From assembly GCA_013204585.1 (NCBI GenBank), contig JABMNL010000053.1, positions 1,260-65,259 of the forward strand: a stretch of DNA of 64,000 bases, given 5' to 3'. Position numbers and translations under genes: made by a program. Positions 38,691 to 48,595 of the stretch are shown one piece after another. Position 1 is the first letter of the stretch; every line of letters starts with the position of its first letter. The DNA comes from SAR202 cluster bacterium. GTDB lineage: Bacteria; Chloroflexota; Dehalococcoidia; Lucifugimonadales; UBA3495. The notes under the pieces are model-generated. The model saw only the letters and a list, made by a program, of their open reading frames with translations. It had not been told where the DNA came from and ran no database searches.

Positions 38691-38775
38691 AATAGGGGTT
38701 GGCTTTAACAGGTGGGTTGGCGGCTAGCACTAAGGTGTCCAAGTCTCAACGAGTTTTGCTGGCAGCTGTGCCGTC

Positions 38776-38912
38776 GTAGGGGCGGGTTTCAAACCCGCCC
38801 TGCTCGACATCCAACGGGTTTGAAGAAACTAACCTAAGCTGAAGGAAAAAGTGGGTTCATTTCTGAAGACATCGCCACCGCAAGGCCGGGCGGGTTTTAA
38901 ACCCGCCCCTAC
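38776..38912. mobile_element. REPIN-like element, second copy
   Basis: gtaggggcgggtttcaaacccgccc ... gggcgggttttaaacccgcccctac. Confidence 0.8.
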
Positions 38913-38973
38913 ATTTGTTAGGTTGGCAAAGAGAAGTTAGCATGCGCCAGTAAGAACGAATCGGACGTTGCTG

Positions 38974-40206
38974 CTAGCCAATTTCTTCTACCAAACGGCG
39001 TAGTTCTATCAGCGCTTGATTGGGGACGCGGCGTTTGATGGTGACCCGCCGTGGGGGCAGGCGCATCTCCATCTCGCGGGTCTGTTTGCCGTTGGTGACT
39101 GATATGTAGGCGAGACCCAATGGCTTCCCCTCGAACTCGCCGGGGCCGGGCACTCCGGTCACTGCGACACCAATGTTTGCGTTCAGGGTCTGGCGAGCCG
39201 TCTCAGCCATCGCGTTGGCAGTCTGCTGGCTCACCACCCCGTGTTTTTCCATCACATCTGCCGGGACACCGTAGGCGGTCAGCGCTGCGCTGTCGTAGGC
39301 AACCGTGCCGCCTTTGAAGTAGGTCAGGCTATCCGGCACGTTGGTTATGTTGTTGGTCAGGGCGCCCCCAGTGCACATCTCCATGACCGCCAGTGTTAGA
39401 CCTTTTTCAATAAGGGACTTTCCGGCCGCTGTTTCTGGGGTCTCATCGTCGTAGCCCCAAACGTATTCGCCCAACCGGTCGTGTATGGCCTGCTCTACCG
39501 GGATAATCATAGACTGGGCGGTTTCGGTGTCTTTGGCCCTTGCTATAATCCTTAGGTGGATGCCGTCGGCCTTGGAGTAGATACCTAGATAGGGGTTTTC
39601 GATGCCAAAGAACTCGGAGACTATCTCATCCACGGCCCCTTCGGACATTCCCATGGTCTTGATGTTCCGGGTGATGGTTACTTCATCTTCGATTAGCTCG
39701 GCCAGTTGCGGCTCCACTTGTTCTTCCCACATGGAGCGGTTCTCCGCCGGAGGGCCGGGCATGCAGATGATTATTTTGCCGCCGCGTTCTGCCCACCAAC
39801 CGGGGGCGGTGCCGTTGGGGTTCGGGACGAACTTGGCAGAGGGAATTAGATTGGCCTGCTTGATGTTGTGGGAGGGCATGGGAGTGCCACGGGCGGCGAA
39901 GTACCGCTCTAGTCCGTCCACCACCTCTTGTTGGATCGTAGGGGTCTCACCGAAGGCCGCGGCGATGGCTTCTCTGGTCAGGTCGTCCTGGGTGGGGCCA
40001 AGTCCGCCGGTGGTGAAGATGATGTCCGAGCGCTCCATCCCCCGCTTAAAAGCCTCAGTTAACCTGGGCAGGTCGTCGCCGATGATGGAGACCCATTGTA
40101 GCTCGATGCCCAAAGCTGGCAACCGGCTGGCAATCCAAGCGGAGTTGGTATCGGTCAACTCCCCCATTAGTAGCTCGGTGCCGATGCCCATAATCTCTGC
40201 TTTCAA
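38974..40206 (-). CDS. cinA: Competence/damage-inducible protein CinA (MocF plus degenerate PncC)
   Basis: IGTELLMG..DTNS, TGGLGPTQDDLT, GTAPG, PGPPAE. Confidence 0.92.
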   Translation of the reverse strand: MKAEIMGIGTELLMGELTDTNSAWIASRLPALGIELQWVSIIGDDLPRLTEAFKRGMERSDIIFTTGGLGPTQDDLTREAIAAAFGETPTIQQEVVDGLERYFAARGTPMPSHNIKQANLIPSAKFVPNPNGTAPGWWAERGGKIIICMPGPPAENRSMWEEQVEPQLAELIEDEVTITRNIKTMGMSEGAVDEIVSEFFGIENPYLGIYSKADGIHLRIIARAKDTETAQSMIIPVEQAIHDRLGEYVWGYDDETPETAAGKSLIEKGLTLAVMEMCTGGALTNNITNVPDSLTYFKGGTVAYDSAALTAYGVPADVMEKHGVVSQQTANAMAETARQTLNANIGVAVTGVPGPGEFEGKPLGLAYISVTNGKQTREMEMRLPPRRVTIKRRVPNQALIELRRLVEEIG

Positions 40207-40266
40207 AGTTTCCCCTTAATGGCCCCGGTTAATGGCCCCGGCTAATCACTCCGGCTGGTGTCAGCT

Positions 40267-41253
40267 CTAGGGCGTGGGTGTGCTGGCCGCCTTTTCTTGC
40301 AGCACAGGATTGGTGGCCAAGGTGATGATAGGGTCGATGCGCGACGAGAGCACCCCATAGAGGTTGGTGTCTAGGCTCTGTAGGCTGCCCGCTTTTACCA
40401 CAACGTAGCGGTGGTCTCCGTCGGGTGTAACGTCGCCAATATGGAACTCAATTGGGGAAAGTCCGCCTTGGCGAATAATTACGATAACTGTGCCCGGCGG
40501 ATCCAGACCGTAAAGTTTTGGGTCGTCTACGTCGTGGGCAATAATTTGGTCCATTCGTGGATTGCTCAGCATTTGCAGCGCTTCAGCCCATGCGAATTGG
40601 TCTACTAGCTCGGGCGTTTCGCCATCTAAAAACCATTGCCCCGTGGCTTCGTCAAAGGCGTATCTGGTGGTGTCATCGCCCTGGAAAAGCTGCACGACCG
40701 TCGCTTCTCTAGGATCGATTTGGTAGAGCCGTCCTACGGGTGGGTCGATGGCCAGGCGGTTCACCACATTGGCCCACTCGATAGCTACGGTGAATAAGGT
40801 ATCGTCGCCGACCAGGCGGGCGTATTGGTTCTGGTTGTCGGGGGTGGGATTACCAAGGTGGAATTCCACTTCATTGCCGTAGCGGTCAATGATTGTTACA
40901 GCGGTCTCCGGTGGATCTAATCCGAACGCCGCAGGGTTCTCAATAGTGTCTGACAGTGGCCGGGTGACCCTTGGGCCGCTGAGCAGTAGAGGAGTGCCGC
41001 CCCATCGTTGCTGGAACACGGGGATGTCTGGAGTTCCTTTTATGTACCAGTCAAGGCTAGCCGGATTCCGGTAGAAGTTGGTGGCTTCGCCTTGGTAATT
41101 AACTTCCAATTGGACGATGCTGCCCTCATCAATCCGGAACAACCACGGGCTGCCGCTGTTCGGCTCGTTAGAGTCGGTGAACCTGAGAACCAGGAAGGTG
41201 CCGCCGAAAATGACCAGCACCACCACCAATAAGATTGAGAGTCGCAAATTCAT
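40267..41253 (-). CDS. DUF4340 domain protein (two repeats)
   Basis: N-terminal TM helix; duplicated (F/Y)GLDPP...EFH(L/I)G..TPD...Y motif. Confidence 0.75.
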   Translation of the reverse strand: MNLRLSILLVVVLVIFGGTFLVLRFTDSNEPNSGSPWLFRIDEGSIVQLEVNYQGEATNFYRNPASLDWYIKGTPDIPVFQQRWGGTPLLLSGPRVTRPLSDTIENPAAFGLDPPETAVTIIDRYGNEVEFHLGNPTPDNQNQYARLVGDDTLFTVAIEWANVVNRLAIDPPVGRLYQIDPREATVVQLFQGDDTTRYAFDEATGQWFLDGETPELVDQFAWAEALQMLSNPRMDQIIAHDVDDPKLYGLDPPGTVIVIIRQGGLSPIEFHIGDVTPDGDHRYVVVKAGSLQSLDTNLYGVLSSRIDPIITLATNPVLQEKAASTPTP

Positions 41254-41325
41254 AGGTTGAACCTGTGTGGAAAGAATGGGTTTGGGAGGGCCAATTAGTC
41301 AGGTCGCCCGTTCCAATATTGGGCT

Positions 41326-43221
41326 TTACCGCCGCACCCACCAGACGAGGGCGGCCATGAGTCCCATGAGTCCCGGCAGGAATAGCCAGGACGAGAACCG
41401 GACGAAGTCGTATTCGTTGGCGTCTAGGTTGAACTCTCGGAAGGCAAATACCTTGGGTCGGATGGAAACCAAGGAGAAGTCTCCAACCAGGAAGTTGGCC
41501 GAATTTAAGAACAGGTCGGATCCGCCGCCCTGGGTGTAAGAGCTGTTGGACAGAAAATCGGAATCGCCAAAGACAATGATGTCGGAAATCTCTGACGGCT
41601 CAGGTTCGGATGTCGGAGGTTCTGCGCCTACCTGTCCCACAGAACGAACCAAGACCGCAGGCACGAAGGGGCCACGCTCGTCCGAATCGGCCCCGGCATC
41701 GGTGACGGGTTCGGTTCGATCGGGATCGTCAATCAGGTAGCTGGCGCTAGAAGTGGCGGCCAGAGGCAACCCGGAGCGTAACTGGTCTTGCAGTAAGGAT
41801 ATGGCGGTGGCTCCCGGCATGAATACTTCTTGCAATGCCTCCCCCTTGGGCAGGGTAATTTCCAGTGGCGCGTCGGGGTTGAATCTTTCCAAAGTTAGAG
41901 TTTGGGGTAAACCTGGAACCGAACCATCCACGTCCCGGATATACCCGGTCGCAACCACAATGCCCCAATCGGCGAGGAAGTTCTTAAACGACACGGGTGT
42001 GTCGGGTTCGGCGAGGAAGATCATTCGGCCATGCTCTCTTCGTGGGGTGCCGTCCTTTGTGAAGCCTTCCAAAAACCGATCTAGAGCCTCGGCATGGGCC
42101 TCAGGTAAGCTGGATGATGGCCCGGCAATAATCACCAACGCGGCGTCGGCGGGCACCTCAACATCTACGTTGGTAGACCGCCAGATTAGTTCCTGCACTT
42201 GATAGTTGTCGCCTTCCAGTCCAGAGCGCACTGCGCCGTAGCCGTCGGAGGTGGCACTGTTGATATCATGTTCACCGTGACCGCTTAGGAAGTAGACCTG
42301 TTTTTGCTCGCCGCCGGTGGCAACTAAGGTGCTGGTGACCAGGTCTTGTTCCAGCTTGGTGTATTCGGCGTCAGTGGGCTGCAAAACGTCGAAGCGTTCG
42401 CTTTCCATACCTTCAATCACCACAATCTCAGTGACGAAACTGGTGGGCCGCGCGCCGAAGTATTTGCTCACGATTTCGGGTTGCAGGTCGGGGTCAATTA
42501 CCCGGTAGGAGAACTTGCTCGAGCGGGAGGTGAACTCTTCTAGAGTGTTCACAACCTTGGCGCGTCTTTGGTTGAACTGATTGGCGGCACCGGCGGTATC
42601 GGGGTTGTCGGCTGGGTTGGTGTCATCCACCTTTTTGTAAAAAGCGGTGGCACGAACGTCCTCGTTCAGATTACTCAACACGTCTTTGGTGCGGTTGGCC
42701 AAGCTGAACTGGTTGGTGGCGGTGACGTCCATCCGACTGGAGTTCTCAAAGGATAAGACGTTGGCTACCACGATGATGCCCGTAAACGCCCCAATTAGTA
42801 TTAAGGTGTTCACGCCGTAGCGTCCGGTGCGGCTGAAGAACGCGGCCACCACGTTGCTGAAAAATACTGCGGCGACCAGGCCCAGCAACACCCCGCCAAT
42901 GATGATGTCGATGTAACCGTAGAGGCGCATGGAGCTGACAAAGGCCACCACCGCGATTCCGGTGACTAAGCCAATGATGCCAGCGAAGACCATTGGACCG
43001 CCATAGGAGCCAATCCAGTCCATTGCCGGCTCGAACATGGTAATTAGCGGCTTGCTGAGAACCTCGCCAGTGCTTTCATCCTGGGACTGAGCCTCTTCTT
43101 GAGGGGACGCCGACTCAGGGCCTGAGCGCTCAGAGCGGCGACGGCGGCGCCAGTCCCTGGGCTGTTGGTTCTCCGAGTTCGGCTCTTGGTTACCGGGTTC
43201 TTGATTAGATGAACTGGTCAT
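41326..43221 (-). CDS. GldG-like ABC auxiliary component
   Basis: RMDVT..NQFSL, VYFLSGHGE, IIVFGDSDFLSN, LFLNSANFL, C-terminal TM helix. Confidence 0.85.
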   Translation of the reverse strand: MTSSSNQEPGNQEPNSENQQPRDWRRRRRSERSGPESASPQEEAQSQDESTGEVLSKPLITMFEPAMDWIGSYGGPMVFAGIIGLVTGIAVVAFVSSMRLYGYIDIIIGGVLLGLVAAVFFSNVVAAFFSRTGRYGVNTLILIGAFTGIIVVANVLSFENSSRMDVTATNQFSLANRTKDVLSNLNEDVRATAFYKKVDDTNPADNPDTAGAANQFNQRRAKVVNTLEEFTSRSSKFSYRVIDPDLQPEIVSKYFGARPTSFVTEIVVIEGMESERFDVLQPTDAEYTKLEQDLVTSTLVATGGEQKQVYFLSGHGEHDINSATSDGYGAVRSGLEGDNYQVQELIWRSTNVDVEVPADAALVIIAGPSSSLPEAHAEALDRFLEGFTKDGTPRREHGRMIFLAEPDTPVSFKNFLADWGIVVATGYIRDVDGSVPGLPQTLTLERFNPDAPLEITLPKGEALQEVFMPGATAISLLQDQLRSGLPLAATSSASYLIDDPDRTEPVTDAGADSDERGPFVPAVLVRSVGQVGAEPPTSEPEPSEISDIIVFGDSDFLSNSSYTQGGGSDLFLNSANFLVGDFSLVSIRPKVFAFREFNLDANEYDFVRFSSWLFLPGLMGLMAALVWWVRR

Positions 43222-43222
43222 G

Positions 43223-43936
43223 TTAGCGCCACCTACGGGATTCTAGGGAGCGGATGGACAGGAACAAGAAGAAAGCAATAACGCTTAGGTAGTAGACGAT
43301 GTTCGTGGTGTCAATCACACCGCGCGCAAAGTCGCTGAAGTGTCCGCGCAAACCCATTTCGCCGATAATCTCGCCGACGCCACCACCAACCGCGCCAGAG
43401 GCCCGGTCGGCAAAGAACATCGCCAGCAGAATTCCCATGGCGACCACTGCGGCCACAATCTGGTTATTGGTTAACGTGGACGTAAGCAACCCAATCGCCA
43501 AGGCTGCCGAGCCGTACAGAATCAGCCCAAGGTAACCAGCGTAGATGGGGCCGGGGTCTGGGCTGGCATAGACAAAGAGCAAAATCGCGTAGAAGAACGA
43601 CAGGGCCACCAACACGAAGAAGAACACCAGGCTGGCGACGTATTTGCCGACAATGACCTCCCAGTCTCTAACCGGGGAAGTTAATAACAGTTCGATAGTG
43701 CCCAGCTTGCTCTCCTCGGCCAGCAGCCGCATGGTGAGCGCCGGGGCCAGGAGGACGAACACAATGATTGCGCCATCAAAGAAGGGCGTTAGTGTCGCTT
43801 CGGGGAATGGGTCGCCTAAATCCTGAGTGAAAAAGAAGCCAGTCAGCGCCAGAAATATCAGGCCTACGATGTAAGCTGTCGGACTACTGAAATATAGCTG
43901 AATCTCTTTCCAGGCTACGGCCTGGGCAGTCCTCAT
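43223..43936 (-). CDS. GldF-like ABC-2 permease
   Basis: KEIQLYFSSP.AY, PALTMRLLAEE..GTIELLLTSP. Confidence 0.9.
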   Translation of the reverse strand: MRTAQAVAWKEIQLYFSSPTAYIVGLIFLALTGFFFTQDLGDPFPEATLTPFFDGAIIVFVLLAPALTMRLLAEESKLGTIELLLTSPVRDWEVIVGKYVASLVFFFVLVALSFFYAILLFVYASPDPGPIYAGYLGLILYGSAALAIGLLTSTLTNNQIVAAVVAMGILLAMFFADRASGAVGGGVGEIIGEMGLRGHFSDFARGVIDTTNIVYYLSVIAFFLFLSIRSLESRRWR

Positions 43937-43938
43937 TC

Positions 43939-44886
43939 TTAAAGCTCCTCGTGGGTGGTGAGACGGAGGAAAATCTCTTCTAGGCTCATGCCAACAAGCT
44001 GTAGGCCCCGTAGGCTCCAGCCGCTGCTGATTACTGCTTGAGAGATTTCGTCCCGTAGGTCTTGTCCCGATTGGGCCTGGATGACGTAGATATGCCGGCC
44101 ATTGTTGTTGGTGTGGGTGACGTCGTTGACGCCCTTTATCTTCTTCAGGGCTGGTAGCACCTCTGCGGCAGGCCCACCGACCTCAACCTCCAGTCGTTCT
44201 ACTCCCTGCAACCCTGCTGCCAGGTTCTTGGGGGTGTCCTCGGCCACGATGCGTCCTTCATGGATAATCAAGACACGCTCGCAAATCATGCTAACTTCGG
44301 GCAGGATGTGGCTGCTCAACACAACTGTCTGGTTGCGGCCAAGTTCCTGAATCAGTTTCCGGGTCTCGACCACCTGGATAGGGTCGATGCCGATGGTGGG
44401 CTCGTCCAGCACCAGCACTTGGGGCTCGTGCAGAATGGCTTGGGCGATGCCGACACGCTGGCGGAAGCCTTTGGAGAGTTTGCCTATCTGGGTCTTGCGG
44501 TAGTCGCCCAACCGGACAACATCAATCACGTCGCCCAGGCGGGATTTTATGGCTGCGGCAGACATGCCCCTTAGGGTGCCCATGTATTTCAGATAGCTGG
44601 TCACCGACATGTCGGTATACAGCGGCACGGTCTCTGGTAAGTATCCGACCCGGCGGCGTGCTTCCAAAGACTGTTCAACCACGTCGAAGCCGTCCAGCGT
44701 TACCTTGCCCCTCGTCGGGGGTAAGTAGCCGGTTAGGATGCGCATGGTGGTCGTTTTCCCGGCGCCGTTGGGCCCCAGAAAACCTAATATCTCGCCTTTC
44801 TTTACGTCGAAGCTGACGTCTTGAATGGCAGGGTAGGGACCGTAGTAGTGGGTCAGGCTTTCAGCCCGAATCATGTCCGACTGCAA
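43939..44886 (-). CDS. GldA-like ABC ATP-binding protein
   Basis: GPNGAGKT, LSKGFRQRVG, LDEPT. Confidence 0.93.
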   Translation of the reverse strand: MQSDMIRAESLTHYYGPYPAIQDVSFDVKKGEILGFLGPNGAGKTTTMRILTGYLPPTRGKVTLDGFDVVEQSLEARRRVGYLPETVPLYTDMSVTSYLKYMGTLRGMSAAAIKSRLGDVIDVVRLGDYRKTQIGKLSKGFRQRVGIAQAILHEPQVLVLDEPTIGIDPIQVVETRKLIQELGRNQTVVLSSHILPEVSMICERVLIIHEGRIVAEDTPKNLAAGLQGVERLEVEVGGPAAEVLPALKKIKGVNDVTHTNNNGRHIYVIQAQSGQDLRDEISQAVISSGWSLRGLQLVGMSLEEIFLRLTTHEEL

Positions 44887-45036
44887 TCGTTTGTCCGTCG
44901 TGGGGCCCGCCTAAGCGAACCAAAATTTATTCCGATTGTGCTTGGCCACAAGCGATGATATTCTATATAACTGGATTTGCCAAGGAGCGCGATTTCGTTA
45001 ATTGGCATAACCATACCGTATTTGCCCGGAGGTTGG

Positions 45037-45468
45037 ATGCACCTGGTTATCGATGGCTATGGCGGCGATGTCGACAAGATGTGGGACGAAGAATTGGTCC
45101 GAAATTTCTTGTACCAATACCCTGATTCCTTGGACATGACACGCATAACCGAGCCCAAAGTGTTGAAATATGAAGCCCCCAAGCCCGAAGATTCAGGTGT
45201 CTCAGGGTTTGTGATTATCGCCGAGAGCCACATTAGCATTCATACCTTTCCTCGCAAAGAGTACCTCAACATCGATATATTTTCCTGCCAGCCCTTTAAT
45301 CATGAGCGAGCGCTGGAAGATGTTAGAGACCTTTTCGACCTGGCAGACGCGAAGACATGGCTGCTGGACCGTGGCTTGGAATGGCTGGATGAACGTCAAG
45401 GCCTGGCCGAAGCCCAATATCAGCGCGCCACTCTAGAGGCTGGAGGGCAGGGCTCGAACCGTGCCTGA
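45037..45468 (+). CDS. speD: Pyruvoyl-dependent SpeD-family decarboxylase proenzyme
   Basis: HLVID, GVSGFVIIAESHISIHTFP, DIFSC. Confidence 0.88.
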   Translation: MHLVIDGYGGDVDKMWDEELVRNFLYQYPDSLDMTRITEPKVLKYEAPKPEDSGVSGFVIIAESHISIHTFPRKEYLNIDIFSCQPFNHERALEDVRDLFDLADAKTWLLDRGLEWLDERQGLAEAQYQRATLEAGGQGSNRA

Positions 45469-46369
45469 CACCGGGTCCAGCGCAGGTGAATCCATTTGGA
45501 TACCCCATAACTTCCTCGCTTTGCCCCAGGAACAGTCCTCATTAGAGGCTGCCCAGGTAGTGCTCATCCCCGTCCCTTACGACAGTACAACCTCCTTTAG
45601 AAGTGGCTCACGGGAAGGCCCCGAGGCCATTATCTCTGCGTCCTACGGTCTTGAAGATTACGACTTCGAGCTCGAATTGGATGTAGCAAGTATCGGCATC
45701 CACACCACCGATGCCTTGGAACCCCACATGGCTGGCCCCGGCCCGATGACCGACCGCATTAAAAATGCAGTGGCAGGTTATTTGGAGACGGGAAAGACCG
45801 TTGGACTGCTGGGCGGCGAGCATTCAATTACCATCGGTTCGGTACAAGCACACGTCGATGCGTACCCTTCCCTTTCAGTGTTGTACTTGGACGCCCACGC
45901 CGACATGCGCAACGAATATATGGGCACACCATTTGGGCATGCATCTGCTGCCCGGCGGGCTTACGAGTGCTGCCCCGTAGTCTTGGTCGGCCAGCGTAGT
46001 CTGTGTCAGGAAGAGCATGATTTCATCCGAGACAACAATGTGCCCGTCTGGTACTGGGACCCCAACTCGCACCGTAGTTCTGCCGAAAGCGTTCTGGACA
46101 GCCTTAGCGATACGGTCTACGTGAGCGTTGATTTGGACGTTTTAGACCCTGCGTTGATGCCAGCGGTGGGCACCCCAGAGCCGGGTGGCCTGGCCTGGCA
46201 CCAATTGGTTTCTCTGCTGGGCAAGGTCGCCGAGTCGCGCCAAATCGTGGGTTTCGACGTTTGCGAACTAGCGCCTGCCGACGGGCCTCCCGCCTGCTCC
46301 TACACCGCCGCGAAGCTGGTTTACAAACTGGTGGCCTACGCCCGTGGGAAAAACAACTCCGGCGACTGA
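45461..46369 (+). CDS. speB: Agmatinase
   Basis: GGEHSIT, DAHAD, SVDLDVLDP..PAVGTPEPGGL. Confidence 0.93.
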   Translation: MPDTGSSAGESIWIPHNFLALPQEQSSLEAAQVVLIPVPYDSTTSFRSGSREGPEAIISASYGLEDYDFELELDVASIGIHTTDALEPHMAGPGPMTDRIKNAVAGYLETGKTVGLLGGEHSITIGSVQAHVDAYPSLSVLYLDAHADMRNEYMGTPFGHASAARRAYECCPVVLVGQRSLCQEEHDFIRDNNVPVWYWDPNSHRSSAESVLDSLSDTVYVSVDLDVLDPALMPAVGTPEPGGLAWHQLVSLLGKVAESRQIVGFDVCELAPADGPPACSYTAAKLVYKLVAYARGKNNSGD

Positions 46370-46465
46370 ATACCAGCCCATTGGCTGTGGCGGCCTTGTT
46401 GGTCGATGTGAGATGCTCAATTAAGAGCATAGGTTGGCTGGGTCTCAGCTTCGGGTTTTAATTAA

Positions 46466-47167
46466 ATGGGTGCATCGCTGCGTTTAGGCCGGGTATTCGG
46501 CATTCCGATAGAAGTGAACATCAGTTGGGTGTTCGTCTTTCTGTTGCTCACCTTTTTGCTCGCCGACCAGTTCGATGATGCGCGGTTGCGTTGGCCTGCG
46601 GCGCAACGGTGGTCGGTTGCCGGGATCACGGTGTTACTGTTCTTCCTTTCGGTTTTGGCCCACGAACTTAGCCACAGCGTCATGGCCCTCAGCAAAGGGA
46701 TACCCGTTAAGAGCATCACCCTCTTCATCTTTGGCGGCGTTTCCCAATTGGAGCATGATCCCGAACGGCCCATTACCGAATTCGCCGTAGCCGTTGTAGG
46801 CCCGCTGAGCAGTATCGTGTTGGCGGTCGTTTTCGGCGGAGTCTGGTACTTGTTGGGCCGAGGCGATTCACCATTGGAAGTGGTGCTGCTGCTTTTGGCC
46901 TGGACCAATTTGAGTCTGGGCGTGTTCAATCTGGTGCCTGGCTTTCCCTTGGACGGCGGCCGTTTGTTGCGTGCCGGTGTCTGGGGAATGACCGGAAATT
47001 ACCACCGGGCGACGCAAATCTCGGCCCGGTTTGGTCAGGTAGTGGGCGGGGCAATGGTCTTGGGCGGTGTGGCCCTGGCATATTTTGTTGAGCCAGTGGA
47101 TGGTGTGTGGATTGGTATCGTAGGACTTTTCTTGTTCTCGATAGCCAGGAGCAGCTATCCTAAGTAA
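46466..47167 (+). CDS. Site-2 protease (M50)
   Basis: HELSH, FNLVPGFPLDGGR. Confidence 0.92.
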   Translation: MGASLRLGRVFGIPIEVNISWVFVFLLLTFLLADQFDDARLRWPAAQRWSVAGITVLLFFLSVLAHELSHSVMALSKGIPVKSITLFIFGGVSQLEHDPERPITEFAVAVVGPLSSIVLAVVFGGVWYLLGRGDSPLEVVLLLLAWTNLSLGVFNLVPGFPLDGGRLLRAGVWGMTGNYHRATQISARFGQVVGGAMVLGGVALAYFVEPVDGVWIGIVGLFLFSIARSSYPK

Positions 47168-47326
47168 GCTCGTATTCGACTATTTGGCCGGTCAGGTTAT
47201 TGCGCCCGGTCTACGGCTGTGCAGCCCCAGCTATGCTAAAATAGCTTCACAAGCGAATTGCGGCCAGTGTGGCTGGCTCTAGTCCCGGCCCCGGCTAATA
47301 AAGATTCAATAAAAATATGGATAAAC

Positions 47327-48520
47327 ATGACGGTTGAAGGCACAGTCTACCTAGACCACGCAGGCACGACGCCCCTAGACCCCAAGGTTCTAGAGGCGAT
47401 GATTCCCTATTTCACGCAGCGTTTCGGCAACCCTTCCAGCCTCCACTCGGTGGGTCAAGAGGCCCGTTATGCGTTGGATGAGGCCCGGGAGCGGGTGGCT
47501 GGCGTCCTCAATTGCCGGGCCAGGGAAGTGGTTTTTACTGGTGGCGGGACTGAGTCAGACAACTCGGCAATTCATGGCGTCGCTACCGCCTTGCTGGAGA
47601 CTGGGAACCACATCATCACCTCTAGCGTGGAGCACCATGCAGTGTTGCACGCCTGTCAGAACTTGGAGTCCCAGGGATTTGAAGTCACCTATCTGCCGGT
47701 GGATGCCGACGGCATGGTGCAGCCGGAGGCGGTCTACAACGCCATTAACGAGCGCACCACCCTGGTTACCATCATGTACGGCAATAACGAGATTGGGACC
47801 ATCAATCCCGTCTCTGAGATTTCCAAGGTCATCAAGCAACGGGCTACAGAGCTTTCCCGGACCATTGTGTTTCACTCCGACGCCGTGCAGGCCGCCGGTT
47901 TCTTGGATTTAGACGTTGCCAAACTCGGAGTCGACTTGTTGAGCCTGTCTGGGCACAAGTTCCACGGCCCCAAGGGTACCGGCGTGCTTTACATAAAGCG
48001 AGCCACCGCCTATCTGCCGCTAATCCTTGGCGGCGGACAGGAACGGGAACGCCGTTCCGGCACTGAAAACATACCGGGCATAATCGGTCTATCGTTGGCC
48101 TTAGAAGCGGCCAACAGCAAACGAGAAGAGACCAGTAAACACTGCGCTGCCCTTCGGGACCGAATCATAGAGGCGGTATTGGAGCAGATTCCTGGCAGTC
48201 GCTTGAACGGCCACATCACTCAAAGGTTGCCTAACAATGCCAACTTCTCCTTTACGGGAGTTGAAGGCGAGCCCATCTTGCTGGGTCTAGACATGGCGGG
48301 CATCGCCGCCTCTAGCGGCAGCGCCTGTAGTTCCGGCTCTTTGGAGCCTTCCCACGTTCTGCTGGCTCTGGGCCAATCGGCAGAAATCGCGCGCGGCAGT
48401 CTCCGGATTACCTTGGGCCGAGACAACACAGAAGAAGAAATTGAATACCTGCTGGAAGTATTGGTGGAATTGGTTCAGCGTTTGCGCCAATTGCCCAGTC
48501 TCACCACAGTCCGACCGTGA
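47327..48520 (+). CDS. iscS: Cysteine desulfurase (IscS/NifS)
   Basis: [26 protein letters not shown]. Confidence 0.93.
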   Translation: MTVEGTVYLDHAGTTPLDPKVLEAMIPYFTQRFGNPSSLHSVGQEARYALDEARERVAGVLNCRAREVVFTGGGTESDNSAIHGVATALLETGNHIITSSVEHHAVLHACQNLESQGFEVTYLPVDADGMVQPEAVYNAINERTTLVTIMYGNNEIGTINPVSEISKVIKQRATELSRTIVFHSDAVQAAGFLDLDVAKLGVDLLSLSGHKFHGPKGTGVLYIKRATAYLPLILGGGQERERRSGTENIPGIIGLSLALEAANSKREETSKHCAALRDRIIEAVLEQIPGSRLNGHITQRLPNNANFSFTGVEGEPILLGLDMAGIAASSGSACSSGSLEPSHVLLALGQSAEIARGSLRITLGRDNTEEEIEYLLEVLVELVQRLRQLPSLTTVRP

Positions 48521-48595
48521 GCCCGTTTCAGCTAACGATGTCCAACCTTCCTTTGGCGTACCGCATTCATAATTTCGATTATATGGAGGAAGAGC

